Assembly: GCA_001938485.1 (NCBI GenBank)
Contig: MQRK01245702.1
Span: forward strand, 1 to 50,786
Direction of reading: 5' to 3'
From: Girardia tigrina
Lineage: Eukaryota
DNA length: 50,786 bases
Shown: positions 21,648-34,995 of the stretch, piece by piece
How the letters are laid out: the number at the start of each line of letters is the position of its first letter
Numbering within the stretch: the stretch's first letter is position 1
Translations under genes and position numbers: made by a program
The notes under the pieces: model-generated
The model's database searches: none
Seen by the model: only the letters and a program-made list of their open reading frames with translations
What the model was told of the DNA's origin: nothing

Positions 21648-23249
21648 NNNNNNNNNNNNNNNNNNNNNNNNNNNNNNNNNNNNNNNNNNNNNNNNNNNNN
21701 NNNNNNNNNNNNNNNNNNNNNNNNNNNNNNNNNNNNNNNNNNNNNNNNNNNNNNNNNNNNNNNNNNNNNNNNNNNNNNNTTTGAAGGATCCGATCGAACC
21801 GAGTCTCGAAGTGGGATTTTTAAATGTATCCCCCCGACCAGATGATCGCTCCCCGTCGCCGGCCCGCGGCGGCCGCCTCACTGCACCCACTCTTGCACCA
21901 TCAACTACCAACAATTCTGGCTGCAAATGGAGATTCATTTGGATTATCCTAAAATATGGGCTTTAATTCCCATGTTGTTTTTAATTGTTCTTTTAGGCTT
22001 TAAGTTCTTAATTGCATTTCCTAAATCATATGTAGCGGAATGTGGCAGTAAAAAATTTAATAACTAAAGTAGAAACCGATTACAAATAATCAATCACAGT
22101 GATTTAAGATTACTGCTGAGAAAAAGAGCCTAGGAATACTAAATTGGTAGAATACCAAGTTCATCCTTCTCATTAAGATAATTTCGAATGTTAGAAATTT
22201 TGTGTATTACCTATGTACTCCTTTACTTTATTTTACGAAAAAGGTAGAAACATTAATACATATCTTTCGGTTAAATTACTATTAAAAATAAAAAATAATT
22301 TCCAAGAGGCACTGAGTAAAGTTTCTTGAAAGGGGGCTATAGGACAAATAGGTTTTGGAACCATTACATAATTCTGTATTGGTGAGCTTTTCTTAGTCTC
22401 ATTCCTTATGAGTACTTAATTACAACAAATACATTATCAAATATTCATTTCCAGTTGTGATCACATAATTATAACTCCATTTTCGATAAAAATTTCATTT
22501 GGCGAAAACTAAAAATAGAAAATCATTTTATATTCAATTAAATACGCACCAGTTTCTCTATATAAATTTCGATATGCGACGAACAAACCACGAAACAGTG
22601 TGATTATCCGGCTGAAATTAAGAAACAAGAGTGTCAATTACATCTGACTTCTTCAAACGGTAATTACCAAAGAAAATCAGAAAATCTAAAACCAGAAGAA
22701 AATAATGTATTCTAAAATATCTAAAATGAAATAAACTGTGTTTTCAAAAATCAAATACATTTTCAAAATAAAAAACAATTATAGTTGATATCAGTTATTC
22801 GAGATTAGTCACCAATGTGATTCACGACTCTCACTAATAATAAAATGACCAAGATTTATTATCCAATAATTCAAAAATGCCAATAATAACACTCAAATCA
22901 GTCGAAAAAAGAGAAAAAAATCAATCATTTCTATTCTGTAGAAATAATAGAAAATCAGTTCACCAAACACGCTAAGAAAATCACATTGATCATCGATACC
23001 GGAAAATACAAGCTCGCATTATTATAATTATTTGTAACAAAACATTGATATGAAATACATAAAACAGTGTAAAATATTATCATCATTCTTCAGTGATATG
23101 ATACACATTTCTAAATATATTTAAAAAAAACAATAAAAATTTATTGTTTTACAATTTCAAAAAATTCGAATAAAATTATTTTGAAAATCGTAAGGAATGC
23201 TTTCATGTGATGATATGCGGTTAAGTGGATTAGGATGTTCCAGACTCTT

Positions 23250-23975
23250 GCAACGACGGATCGTAATAGGAAATGTTTACAAAAAGATATTTATGATCTG
23301 TAAATGAGGTCCGATTGTTTCTGGAAGAAAACAAAAAATAACCATGAATATCTTTTTTATTTAGCAGATTTATTTAAAGGGATTTTAAACATAAATAATT
23401 ATAAAGGTTTACAGAAATTTTGGTGCATGATGTATCCTAAATGTTTTATATTATTTGTTTTATAAATTAAGAGATATTTCAGTAGTCCATCATGTGTTTG
23501 ACCAATCTACCTTATTATATCTAATCATCACTTTTATGACATTGTCAAACCTCTCATATTGTTCCTCGTTCCAAGGCTATCAGGAAATATGTTTACATGG
23601 CTTGGAAATATAAGAGCCTTATGCTTTATATTAACTCACGAATTTCTAAAGTTATCACATATATCTTTCACAGATTCTTCCTGAATATGGACTCTGTGAA
23701 AAGGTCTCGTGGACACAGACAGCTATTGAAGAACTCGGTTTTCTCTTAACTTACTCGATCTTGAGCTTGTGCACGAAATGCAGGCCCTTGAATTTATTGG
23801 CGCTGAGTAGGCAGAACCCCTTGTCCTTGGAGAGTTCCTGTATGTTTCATTGATGAATTGTTTGATTTTTCGAACTTCTTCGATCGAGATAGATTCAACT
23901 GAGTTCAGAATAACCTCGACCTTGGACTCGAATTTCTTGATGTAATCCTCAACCTCATGTTGAGAAAGCAGTTAT
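23250..23975 (-). mobile_element. Decayed Penelope-like reverse-transcriptase N-terminal region
   Basis: YIKKFESKVE...IQELSKDKGFCLLSANK resembles L.KD..I....ADKG. Further down are GL..(C)HK-like and SF.D..LFVNI-like motifs, with many frameshifts. Confidence 0.45.
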
Positions 23976-25485
23976 TCAGCATGGAAGAGTACGCCACGTT
24001 GGAAAACTTACACGTAACACAGAAGTTCCAAGAAGAATTCTTATTTGGTATTAAATGAAATACAAAAAAAGCCTCTCTAATTTAAATTGCCATTTTTATA
24101 AGAATTTCTTCATTATGACTGGATGATAAAACTAATTTAATAATTAAGTTTCAAAAGACAGATCAAAAGCTATTGAAATAATCATCATTCAGAAATCGAA
24201 TTGGATGAAATTTTTATTTTAAAGAATAATTTAGTAAAACTGTTTGATTTTTAGTATTCAGCACCCTCGAAATCACCTTAATCCATATAATCAACCTTGG
24301 AGACTGAGCAAAAATTGCTTTTGTAAATATGTTGTATCTATAGAATTTATTAATTATTTATTATAATTTCAATTTACGTACTGATTAGACAATATTTGTT
24401 CTTAAGAATGCATGTGCTTCAGCCTGTTCCGTTCATGCCAGTTCTGGATCACAAGATTGATCATCGACATTTATTAGGTCATGTGAACACAAAACAATTT
24501 GTTTCGATATGATTTATTATGCTTGAAAAATTTAACTAAAACTGGAAAAGACACATGTCTTATACGTTAATCAATCAATAAATAAATATATATATATATA
24601 TATATATATATCCTCTAAATTTATTATCTAATAAATTATAATAATATATCAGACTTGTACTGATACCGATTTTACAGTTGTCCAAACAGTTTTTCAGCCC
24701 CTATGTATAATAGGAACATGATGAAAGGCTTGGTACAAATAGTCTGGAACTTGACATAAGCCTTTGTACCATTTGATAATGAAGTCGATGAACTTCATAA
24801 TCGACTTTCATGAAAAAAAATTATTTCCATTGAATAAAATCATAAAGATACAGTTGAATCAATTTATTTAAAATTAAATAAAAGTTTTAAAAGAAATTGA
24901 AAATCTAATGACTATTAATCTAAAATAACCGTACTCAGATAGAGAGCAAAAGAGTTGAAACGACTTTAAGAACATCGAATTCCTGTTTACTTAAAATTGA
25001 GATTAATATTTGTAACTAACAAATGTCATAACTATTTTTCTAATAAATCAAAAACTCCTATGTAAATGAAAGGAAATCTAATTTATTAATCCATTTCGCT
25101 CTAACTTTATTATTAATTAAATTCAAGTATAAAATCCAGTGCGAAGATTTTTACATTGGTGAGACAAGTCATTATCTCCGTTCTAGTCAATCGAGAAGAA
25201 ATAGTTCTATTTTAAGCCATATTAAAAATGCCAGGGTAATCATAATGATCCCGACTAAGATTCCAAAAATATTTTAAATAATTTTGACATAAATTATGAA
25301 AGAAGTATTGCCGATGCATTGTTAATAAAGTAACAAAAACAAAGCTTAAATGTGCAAGGCAATTTATCAAATCCTAATAATGTTTTTAAAAAAATATTAA
25401 CATATTTAAAAGTAAGTTTTTTGAGATGTATGATCTAATAATTTTCTCAACTATTATAAATAGTCCTTATTCCTTTTTTCCATTA

Positions 25486-27846
25486 GGAGCTGTTCATTTA
25501 ATACGTAACGCTTAAGGAAGGTCTGGCGATTTGTGACATCGGGGGTGGGGGGGGGTCAGGAGTTTGTTACCTAACACTTTGGAAAAAAATTAAACAATCT
25601 AATAAAAATTGTGAAATAAATTAACATTAAGAAATGATCATTAATAGTGAGCTTAAAATATTTATACCGATATTGCCGAAGGGTAATGAATAGGGCTGGC
25701 AATCCCGGGATCCCGGACAATATTTCAATCCCGGGATTAAAATGCTCGGGATCCCAAGATTTCAGGAAAATTTATTTCCATAGACATAAAAAATTGATTA
25801 CTTTTTAAATTTAAATTTTTACTTTTTGGTAAAAAAAATCCACTACTAATCAGTTAAAATTTATAATTGCTTTATAACTGATTAATATGGGAATTTTTTT
25901 TCCAAAAAGTCAAAAGTCAAATTGATCTTTTTTTAAATTTTATTTTTGACTTTTTGGAAAAAAATTTCCCTATCTTAATAATAATAATAATTTTTTTAAA
26001 TTAATCTACAAGGAAACAAATTTTCCTTAATATATCATTGAATCAATGATATTGATAATTTAAATTTAATATAAATACTTTGTATCTATATTTAACAAGT
26101 AACTCTAAAATAATTTTGCGATATTTAATTAAATATTTTATTACAAGAAATTTATTATTTTCATAATATATCCCTTAATATTTAAATCTGTAAGTCCATG
26201 TCATTATTCCTTTTATTAATTATTACTCTAGTTTCATTTTGTTTACCTTTAATATTATTTACCACAGTAAATTAAATAATTAAAAAAAATAAATACTAAA
26301 TTAAATGAAAAGATAATTTTTAAATAATAATAATTTCAATTTCAATAATTTGAAAATGAAAATTGTTCAATTGAACAATTATTCAGCTCAATGCCTATCC
26401 AAAGGAAAATATAATCAGTAAAGACATCATCGAGACTGAAATAAATCAGACAATTCCACAAATTTCGATTGAAGAGAAATTGAACGAAGCTATCTTGATT
26501 GTAGAAACTGATTTAATGGATCTCATTGATAAGGATCTTATCATTGCCGAGTAATTTTGGAAAAGAGGATATTTTATAGACTTGATCTATATTTATCTTC
26601 TCACTGTTCCGTCAACTTCTATTGAAGCCGAACGTGTTTTTCCTCTGTGGGATATTTCTGTACAAAGCTGCGCTCTAGTCTAAATGATAAGACAATGGAC
26701 AAACTTTGTTTCTTGCTTTATCATTTTAAATCTTTGTAAATTATGTTATGATACCAGCAAGTACGAAATATGTTTATATTGTGTTGCGTTTCCTGTAATT
26801 GTTTGTAAATTAAATGTTTTGTCCTTGCTTTCATCTCCATTCGCAAACAAAGGATCTTTCTTTCTTGTTATCTTGATGCAAAACACGAATATGCACGAAT
26901 GTTTACAAATCGAAGGAAAGTGCACAAAATAATTATTCAATAGTGAAATTCATTAAAATTCAGTAAAATAAACATAAAAAATGTTGTCTATATTCACAAA
27001 AATCATTTGTAATCACCATGGAAAATGAAGGTAAGGTTTTAAAAATATTTTTATATGAAAATACTTGTTGAATAAATGTTATTCATTTAATTTATTATGT
27101 TGTGTTTATAATAAATGTTTTCAATTAAATTTATTACTAATTAAGTGCTATTCGTCTAAACAAAAAAAGGCAGTTTGATTAGTGGGTGTCCAATAGTCTA
27201 AACTGCTATACGAAATGAAAACCAAGTGTAAATATATCAATTCCGGAATCCCTGGACTACAAAAAATAAAATCACGAAATCCCGGGATTAACAGCCCCAG
27301 CAATGAGTCATTTCCGAATTCACATATTAATACTTCACATTCATCTACTAAAACAATTAAGTTCCATTTCTTTGTTAAACTTCAGCGAATAAAGAAGCAA
27401 GTGAGAGACATTTTAAAAAGAATTAATTAAATTTTGGTGATTTGTGAAACAGAAAATTTGTGGTATGTATCAATGATATTTAAATTAGTGAAAGTTTACT
27501 GAATTCAATGTAGAACAAGCAAGAAATCTCTAAGTAAAAAATATTTTGCAAAATTTCGTTCTTTCGTGAAATTCTCAGAATACAGTAAAATAATTTTAAA
27601 GTTAACTAGTAATTCAAAAAAGAACTAGATTTACTTAAAGTTTAGATATTCATTTGGCTTGCCCTTAGGAGGATGACAAATAAGGTAGAGAGCTGGCTGA
27701 GCGAAGTAAATGAAACAATTTATATTTTTTTGATTATTAAATAAAAGTTTGAGAACTAAAAATTTTGGTGTTACGTTACATTTGGTGGAATGGATGAAGG
27801 GGTAAAAAATCCGATTTTTTGCGTTACGTATTAAATGAACAGTCTC
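25486..27846. mobile_element. PIF/Harbinger-type non-autonomous element
   Basis: TIR ggagctgttcatttaatacgtaacgc / gcgttacgtattaaatgaacagtctc; 3-bp TTA TSD at 25483-25485 and 27847-27849. Confidence 0.8.
25691..27299 (+). mobile_element. hAT deletion derivative nested in the Harbinger element
   Basis: TIR tagggctggcaatcccgggat / atcccgggattaacagcccca; TSD gtaatgaa/gcaatgag; subterminal atcccggga repeats. Dimerisation remnant LLTVPSTSIEAERVF/SSVGYFCTKLRSSLNDKTMDKLCFL at ~26595-26716. Confidence 0.85.
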
Positions 27847-27848
27847 TT

Positions 27849-27883
27849 ACACTGAAGATGCCATAATGGTGAAGAGCGTCTGT
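27849..27883 (+). ncRNA. Degenerate minimal hammerhead ribozyme (Penelope-associated)
   Basis: aca-CTGAAGA-t-gcc-ataat-ggt-GAAG-agcg-TC-tgt. Stems I and II pair, but GAAA is mutated to GAAG. Confidence 0.5.
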
Positions 27884-28694
27884 TTTAAAAATAAATTTAA
27901 TAATAAATGGCCTTTACTTTCATTATACACGGGAATTATAAAACAATCAACATTAATAACTAATAATAAAACTGTAAATGAAAAACGAAGAGGAAACGAG
28001 ACTTCATGAAAAATTGTTATTTGATTAATTCTAAGTAATTATTAATTTAAAGGAAGGAATTTCTACTATCGGTTATATAAGTTCAATGTTACTTTATAAT
28101 ACACCACAATGTAGATCGTATGTATATTAGTAAACTGAATAACCATAGATTAGTTCTTTATAAATAATTATTACGGAAATTTTTGAAAATTTATTATTGT
28201 GACTTATTTAAACGATCATCGTACTTCCTTTTTGGTTGGTTGTCCAGATCTATTACTTGGAGATTGTTAATTTTACTTCAATCGATTTACACATAATTCT
28301 TTTTAGAGATATTATTTATATTTGTACTTACATTTGAACCAAAATCAATTAAAATAAAACAAAGTAAATACGAATTGAAGCAAACACTAGATAAAAACTA
28401 ATATAATTGCAATTTAGCTTTAAAATAAAATTAACAATATACTAATTATATAAAATTAATTGGCAAATAGATAAATAAATTGATTATGTCTAATACGCAG
28501 CATTAATATTATGGTGAACAAAAAGTTCTTTCAATTTTTTGTTTTTATCTAATTGTTTTTCTACAAAAATATAGATATTTTATAAGAATGTGTTATATAC
28601 TTATTCAAAGGTTTTGAATCATAATATATTTTACAATTTGTAATCGATTGTTTATTGTTTTTTTAACGTCTAGAAACATTCAAAAATAGAAATT

Positions 28695-29030
28695 CATGTT
28701 ATTTTACACCCTTATTGGAAACACGACGAAGATATACTAAGTTAACGGCGATAATGTGGTCTCAGATCTAATCTGCGCGAAATTGGTTTAAAAAGTTCAA
28801 CAACTCAACAACAAGTCACATTCAGGTCGACCTTGGACAATGAATTTTGAAGTAATTTATGAATACACCTGGAAAACAAATCACTCAACAAGCACTTGTA
28901 GATTGTCCTCGGAAATCAACATTCTTCAAAAATCAATTGTGCGGTTTATTCACGATCTTGGAAAATTCAATAGGCATTGCAGAAAGGTGCCTCATCAATT
29001 GACAGAAATTCAAGCTCAAAAAAGTTTTGA
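28695..29030 (+). mobile_element. Decayed mariner transposase N-terminal (HTH) remnant
   Basis: NKSHSGRP...STSTCRLSSEINI...IVRFIHDLGK...KVPHQLT (cf. WVPHEL). Confidence 0.6.
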
Positions 29031-29461
29031 GAAATGCTCGACTTCATCTATTGATTTTACCAATTTCATGCAACTTACGGTGGATGGTTGATTTTAAAGA
29101 ACCCAGCTTTACTGATAGTCAGCAAGACTGATATGCTTCAAAAGCTTCATGAAATGTACTAAAAATTATGGAGACTGGTGTCAAAACATAATGTATTAAA
29201 AATTTTTAAATATTTTTTTTAATTCAGGAAGTTATCAATATTTAAAATTCAGATTTAATCACAAAAACAAATTATATTTATAACTATTTAACAATTGAAT
29301 ATAAAAATTAAAGTTAATCGAATAAAAAATACTAAGTACTATTTAAAAGATTTTAAAAATTAATGTGAAATAAAATTAATCGGAAAATAAATATTATTTT
29401 AAAGATTAAAATTAAAATGGTTGTAATCAGAATAAGTTCCATGTAAAATATTATTAAAATC

Positions 29462-30258
29462 CAGTAATTTCCGGATATAATAAAGTGTCTTTTGTTAGAA
29501 TTTTTTTAAAAATAATCGATTTTCTGAAAATGGAAAGTACAATATAGTACTTAGTTAAATGTTACTCTCTAATATAACATTTAAACATGCAACTATATCG
29601 ACTAGCTATCACAATTACAATAATCACCTCACTCAATCAAACCAAAACACTAAGAGGCATACCGCACAATTCATTTGTAAAATTTAGAGGACAACACTTA
29701 GATGTGACACCAAATTTAGTAAAGAATAGTGTAAGTCAGTGGTGTGTTACAAAACTATGGAGTGTAGTTGCGTTTTACTGTTGAATAGAATTGTGGTGAC
29801 AGAAAAATTTTGAAATTTTTGAAATCAAGCGCAGAGGAGGAATGCTTTAACAGATCGAGACGGAATTTATGTAGCATTTTAAGAGCTTGAGTGTTTGATG
29901 GAATTCGTTCATTAGCATCACCGGAACTTTCATCACCAGAAATATCATTCACGGTCTCACCCTTTGATGGCAACAGATAATGGGTTGTCGAATTAACCAC
30001 ATAAGTTTCTTAGTTAGAGCATACTTGGATTGTTTAAAAAATTTAACATAACTGAAAGCATAACTGAGTGGCTGTCAACAAGCGACATGTACACAACAAA
30101 TTTTATTATAGCCGATTGTAGTTGTTTATTTTTGCTTCAGTGGACCGCAAAATATTTTATTAAAACCGATTAAAAGTAAAAACGTTTATGCACTCAGATG
30201 CTGTTGCCACGAAATAATTTCACTATATCAGTTTTTTTATTATATCCGGAATATACTG
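29462..30258 (-). mobile_element. pogo/Tigger-like deletion derivative
   Basis: TIR cagtaatttccggatataataaa / tttattatatccggaatatactg|TA. The internal - strand acidic stretch and PSNTQALKMLHKFR resemble Tigger C-termini. Confidence 0.6.
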
Positions 30259-30715
30259 TAACTATAATAAGTTTAAAGTTTAATTAATTTAAACATATTG
30301 GATTTTTCCATTTTGATCTAATTCTTAAACTTGAATTTATTAAAAACATTTTACAAAAATAGGTTGGTAAAATTAGCACGATAATCATATTTTATAATTG
30401 GAATAAATTTGCGATACTGCGAATTATAAATTTGTAGCAAAATAATATAAATTTAAACATTGTTCAGTAATTATTTATAGTTAAATTAAGTAGATTTTAA
30501 AATTTATTGAAATATGATTCTGTAAATTTTTTGTAATTTAAAAAAGAAATAATAAATTTAATTTGTAAAAATAACAATTTTAATTAAATAACGTATCAGT
30601 ATTTATAATTCAGTATTTTTACGTATAATCAATCTTATCGAAAAGAAAACAATAGAAAAGTTCCTCAACAAAAATTGTTTGAATAATTGTTAATTGTAAT
30701 AGAATTATTGATCAC

Positions 30716-31642
30716 CTAGGATGCGGCCCGTACCCCACCCGTGCCCGTTGCCCGTACGGACACGAAATATACTAAATACCTGACTAAGTAGATAATTTTA
30801 AACTTATCATATAATTAATATTTGATTTTTATCAATTATTGTGTTTTTTACCATTTAGTTTTTACCAAATTTTTTGAAATTCCATTAATAATAACACGAA
30901 GAAACCACGCTTAAATTACAGGAATCTGGAAGAGGCGCAATCTGCAATGTTATTAAGAGAAAAAAGCTTTTAATTATTAATTACATTGTTAAATTAAATC
31001 TATTTCTTGAAAAGTAGTATGCTTTGTCTATTCAAGACATTGACATCCTTTCAAAATGGATGGAGAGTATGAAAATTCATGATTTTGAAAGATATGTTGC
31101 TGAAATTGATTTTAATTTTTTCAAAAGTTTCGGATCGATTAATTCGATTAATCAAATACAAGATTCGAAAAATAACTTTAAGTGAAGTTTCTGTGGAAAA
31201 AAATTTTAATATTCACAAGAGAATTCACACATCTTTAAGAGCCAGTCTAAAGGAAGATATTGTTGAAGATATGCTCTTAATTCAATATAATCACTTATAA
31301 AAGACTTGAAAATGATGATACTGATGAAAATCCTGTCGAAAATGAATATGAATCTTAAAGTGATTTTTCTTTTTGTTCTTTTTGTATTCCTTTATTTGTT
31401 TTTCTTAATGTATTAATACATTGTAAATAATATATAATACATTGGGTGTACAACTAATTAATTTCGTATTTTTTTGTTAAAAAAACCATTTATTTAAGTA
31501 TAAAATTTCGTAACAAATACGAAATTAATTAGTTGTACACCTAATATATTATATAACAATTAATAAAATCCGAGCCCGTTACCCGTACCACCATGTCCGA
31601 TACCCGTAAAATCAGCCCGTGCACGTACAGGCCGCACCCTAG
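30716..31642 (+). mobile_element. hAT deletion derivative
   Basis: TIR ctaggatgcggcccgtac / gtacaggccgcaccctag; TSD ttgatcac/gtgatcac; subterminal cccgt repeats. SEVSVEKNFNIHKRIHTSLRASL..DIVEDML.IQYN is a dimerisation remnant. Confidence 0.8.
31442..31544. mobile_element. 103-bp mariner-type MITE nested in the hAT element
   Basis: ~30-bp TIR ttgggtgtacaactaattaatttcgtattt / aaatacgaaattaattagttgtacacctaa followed by TA. Confidence 0.8.
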
Positions 31643-33007
31643 GTGATCACGAACCCACCACAAATTAAAAGAAAAGGTTGGAAGTTAAAATATTTTTAGT
31701 TTAAATAAAAATAGAAACTTATTTATAGCAAGTCATTGAATACTATTCCTAAATAGAAATAAATTCACAGAAAGATGTAAATAATTGATTTAGAAACAAA
31801 GAACAGTAGAGAGGAAAATAAATGTTGCAAAAGAATAGCTAAAAACAATTGGTTATTGGCGGATTTTTCAATATCGAAATAAAAGAGGAATCAAAATATA
31901 ATTATAATTAAAAACTAAATAACTCTGTAAAAGAAACTTATTTCAAATCTTATAATTCTCGGTGAAAATATAAATTTTTAATGTGATATAAAATACTTGG
32001 ACACTATGTTTCGGTTAGGTCCTAACCGAAAGATTATATTTAACAAAAAGTTGTAAAGAAGTTGTGACGAATATTTGGTGTGTTAATGTTTTTGTGTAGT
32101 GTTTGCATGTTTACATGTTTACATGTTGTGTATTGATTTGGGATTGTGTCTCTCCTAATCAGGTGGATGATTAATATTTTAATTCTTAAAATCTGAAACT
32201 AATTTATTCAAATTTAGATTTAATATTCAAATTTTTAATTGTTATTATTGTAAATTTTAAATAATTTTATTGATTTTATTTTTGTAAATTTTTAAATAAT
32301 TAAATCCAATTAATGTTTAAAAATCATTATAAAAACTAATTTTATTTTAACCAATAAAATTTCTATTAAATAATTTTCGTCAAGTTAGTTCAGATTTAGG
32401 ATGAGAAATATTAAACATTGACTGATGGACTTAAGTGTGAGCAATACTAATGATTGTCATAGAGATGATTAAAAATGTGAATGTAATAAATGTGCTATCA
32501 AATGTGTGAGTTCTCTTAACTGAAGTAATTATTCATGAAGCGAAACAATTTTTTACTTGACGAATAACAAATTTATAGACAATCGATAGTCGAAATTGAG
32601 CTCGCCAAAACTGTGCATCAACAACTACTATCTCACATTATTTATTTTTACAAAACGTCTAGTTTGTGCCTTTGCTTTTCTGGTCTTATGAAATATTTTC
32701 AGTAACAACTAAGAGTAAAAGATTGTTTAGGCTTTACTAGGCTTTAAACTTAATTGTAAAAAGGGTGTTTTTAGAACAGAATGATCCAAAGATCCATTTT
32801 CCTAAAATGGTATTGAAAAACGGTCTATAAACGTTTGAGAGTGATCTTCTAGACAAGGGAAATATGAATCCAACGCAAAAAAATGTAGAAAATCATTGAA
32901 ATATACATCAGATTCTCTTATTATTTGTACGGTAATTTAAAATCATTCGCTGGTGACCAAACCTAATTAACTATTGTATTCTATTTTCTTTTGATATTAG
33001 ACAAGTA

Positions 33008-34244
33008 CGAGGGGTGTCCCAAAAGTTCACGGACTGAGAGAATATGGAGTTGTCACGTGTGTGCGTGACTGTAAAGCGCGGTGTGTGTACGATGACATGA
33101 GGGGGGAACCAACCAATTGTAATTGAGGTGAACTCTCATTGGAAGGAAGACACCCCCACTGCAGATATTGTGCACCGTCTTTGGTGATGCCGCTATGAGA
33201 AGAACGGCTGTCTTTAAGTGGGTGCAACGATTCCAGACAGGGCGTCAATCATTGGAGGATGATGAACGCAGTGGGTGGCCAACAACGTCCGGATCTTAAG
33301 AAAATGTGAAAGTTATCAAGGAAGTCATTCTTGGTGACAGATGTCTCACTATCTGTGAGAGAGCAGCTATTACAGGCGTTTCTAAAAGTCAGGTGCACCG
33401 CATCATGTCAGAGGAGCTGCATATGAGGAAACTGACTACCATGTGGGTGCCGCGCCTCCTCAACAACGACCAGAAGGCTAATCGAAAGTCTGCTTGTCAA
33501 GAACTGCTGCAACTGGTTTATGATCTAGGTGAGGCGTTCTGGTCACGGATTGTGACAGTGGACGAAACGTGGCTCCCGTTTTATCTTCCTGAAACCAAGG
33601 AGCAGTCCCGTCAATGGCGCCGCCCAGGTGACACACCCCCTTTAAAGGCGAAGACCGTCCCTTCAGTCGGGAAGGTAATGGCTAAAGTTTTTTTTGGGAC
33701 TGTGATGGGATAATTCACATTGATTACCTGCCAAAGGGGTTCACCATCAACAGTGCATACTACACGAACCTGCTCGACAAAGATCTGCGCAAAGCTCTCA
33801 AGAACAAACGGCGGGGAAAGTTGTCATCAATCCCATTATTGCAACAGGACAACGCACGTCCCCATACATCAAAGTTGACTGTCAGTACCGTGCAACGATT
33901 GGACTGGACACTTTTGCCTCACCCTCCATATTCACCGGACCTCGCGCCGAATGATTATCACCTTTTCTTGACATTGAAGAAACTACTTCGAGGACATCAT
34001 TTCGCGAATTTGGATGAAATGAAAACAGCAGTCAGTGCGTGGATTGCGGAGACATCGCGTATTTACTTCGATAATGGTATTAGGAAGTTGATACAGAGAT
34101 GGGAAAAGTGTGTGAAACTGAATGGTGATTATATTGAAAAGTTCGATAGTGATTCTGATGAGGATTGATCAATTTTGTTAACTGGAATAAACTTTTTAAA
34201 TTTATTGTTACTTATCAGTCCGCGAACTTTTGGGACAGCCCTCG
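33008..34244 (+). mobile_element. Full-length mariner (DD34D), frameshifted transposase
   Basis: TA TSDs; TIR cgaggggtgtcccaaaagttcacggactga / tcagtccgcgaacttttgggacagccctcg. Motifs WVPRLL, IVTVDETW and QDNARPH...HPPYSPDLAPND. Confidence 0.95.
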
Positions 34245-34330
34245 TAAACCATTTTAATTTATTATAAGCATCATATCGTTTAAATATGCATTCTAATATT
34301 ATTATAAGATAAAGATTTAGCAAAGATTAA

Positions 34331-34599
34331 CTAAACAATAATACAAATAGTTGTTACTTGTGGTAAAGTTAACTGATAAACGGAAACATATGCTGCTGGG
34401 ACGAATCCTTTTTTATGAGAACTGACAATTTGTGATAAATCTTCAGCAAGAAACCAGCCTGTTTCACCGGTAGGGTTGGTATCAAGAATTTTGAGAATTT
34501 GATTGGGAACAAGTTGCAATTCATCTGATCTTTGGGGTTCATAATAAAAAATGGCATAAACAATTCCTGAATTGATTATACCTAGATTTTCTTGTTCCC
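34331..34599 (-). CDS. ASPP: ASPP-family protein (apoptosis-stimulating protein of p53), last exon, SH3 domain
   Basis: (W)EQENLGIINSGIVYAIFYYEPQRSDEL...GWF...KGFVP, against ASPP2 [26 protein letters not shown]...EWW...EGYVP. 49-bp phase-1 intron at 34648-34600. Confidence 0.9.
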
Positions 34600-34648
34600 C
34601 TGAACATAAAATATGAACCACAAATTTTTTCAACTAATAAAAAAATAC

Positions 34649-34949
34649 AAAATAAATATTCTTCACACTGAGTGTCTTCTTGATTAGCTTTATTGCACTT
34701 CTGACTTGGAATTTCGTAATCGGAAAGAGTCATAGAAAATAAAGAAGCACCATGTTCAACCAATAATTTTGATATTTGTTTATTATTACAACAAGCTGAA
34801 CAATGCAGAGGAGTCCATCCATCCGCATCACTGGCATTTACGTCTGCACCAGATTCAAGCAGGAATAGAACTAATTTTGGATCAGAAGAACACACAGCAT
34901 TATGGAGTGCAGTTATTCCATCAATTGTTTTTTTTGATATGTTTGGCAC
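34649..34949 (-). CDS. ASPP: ASPP ankyrin-repeat exon
   Basis: GITALHNAVCS...GADVNASDADGWTPLHCSACCNN...LVEHGASLFSMTLSD...KC...QCEEYLF closely follows the ASPP1/2 pattern. 46-bp phase-0 intron at 34995-34950. Confidence 0.93.
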
Positions 34950-34995
34950 CTATAAACTTAAATCAAGAAACTTTTTTTACTTTTTTTAAATTAAC

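Larger units (their letters stand above)
24650..27900 (+). mobile_element. Penelope-like element 3' half (thumb, GIY-YIG, 3' UTR), split by a nested Harbinger
   Basis: KYKIQCEDFYIGETSHYLR (~25123-25181), SSILSHIKN and YERSIADALLIK..SLNVQG. The 3' UTR resumes after 27849 with a hammerhead-like motif. Confidence 0.7.

Noticed and set aside
21046-21966. 306-aa ORF that looks like a TCP1-XPF fusion protein
   Set aside because: The frame is held open only by two N gaps. The pieces come from unrelated genes and the gap lengths are estimates.
30708-31650. Apparent inverted rather than direct flanking duplication at the hAT element
   Set aside because: The 8-bp target (t/g)tgatcac is palindromic, so it is an ordinary direct TSD.
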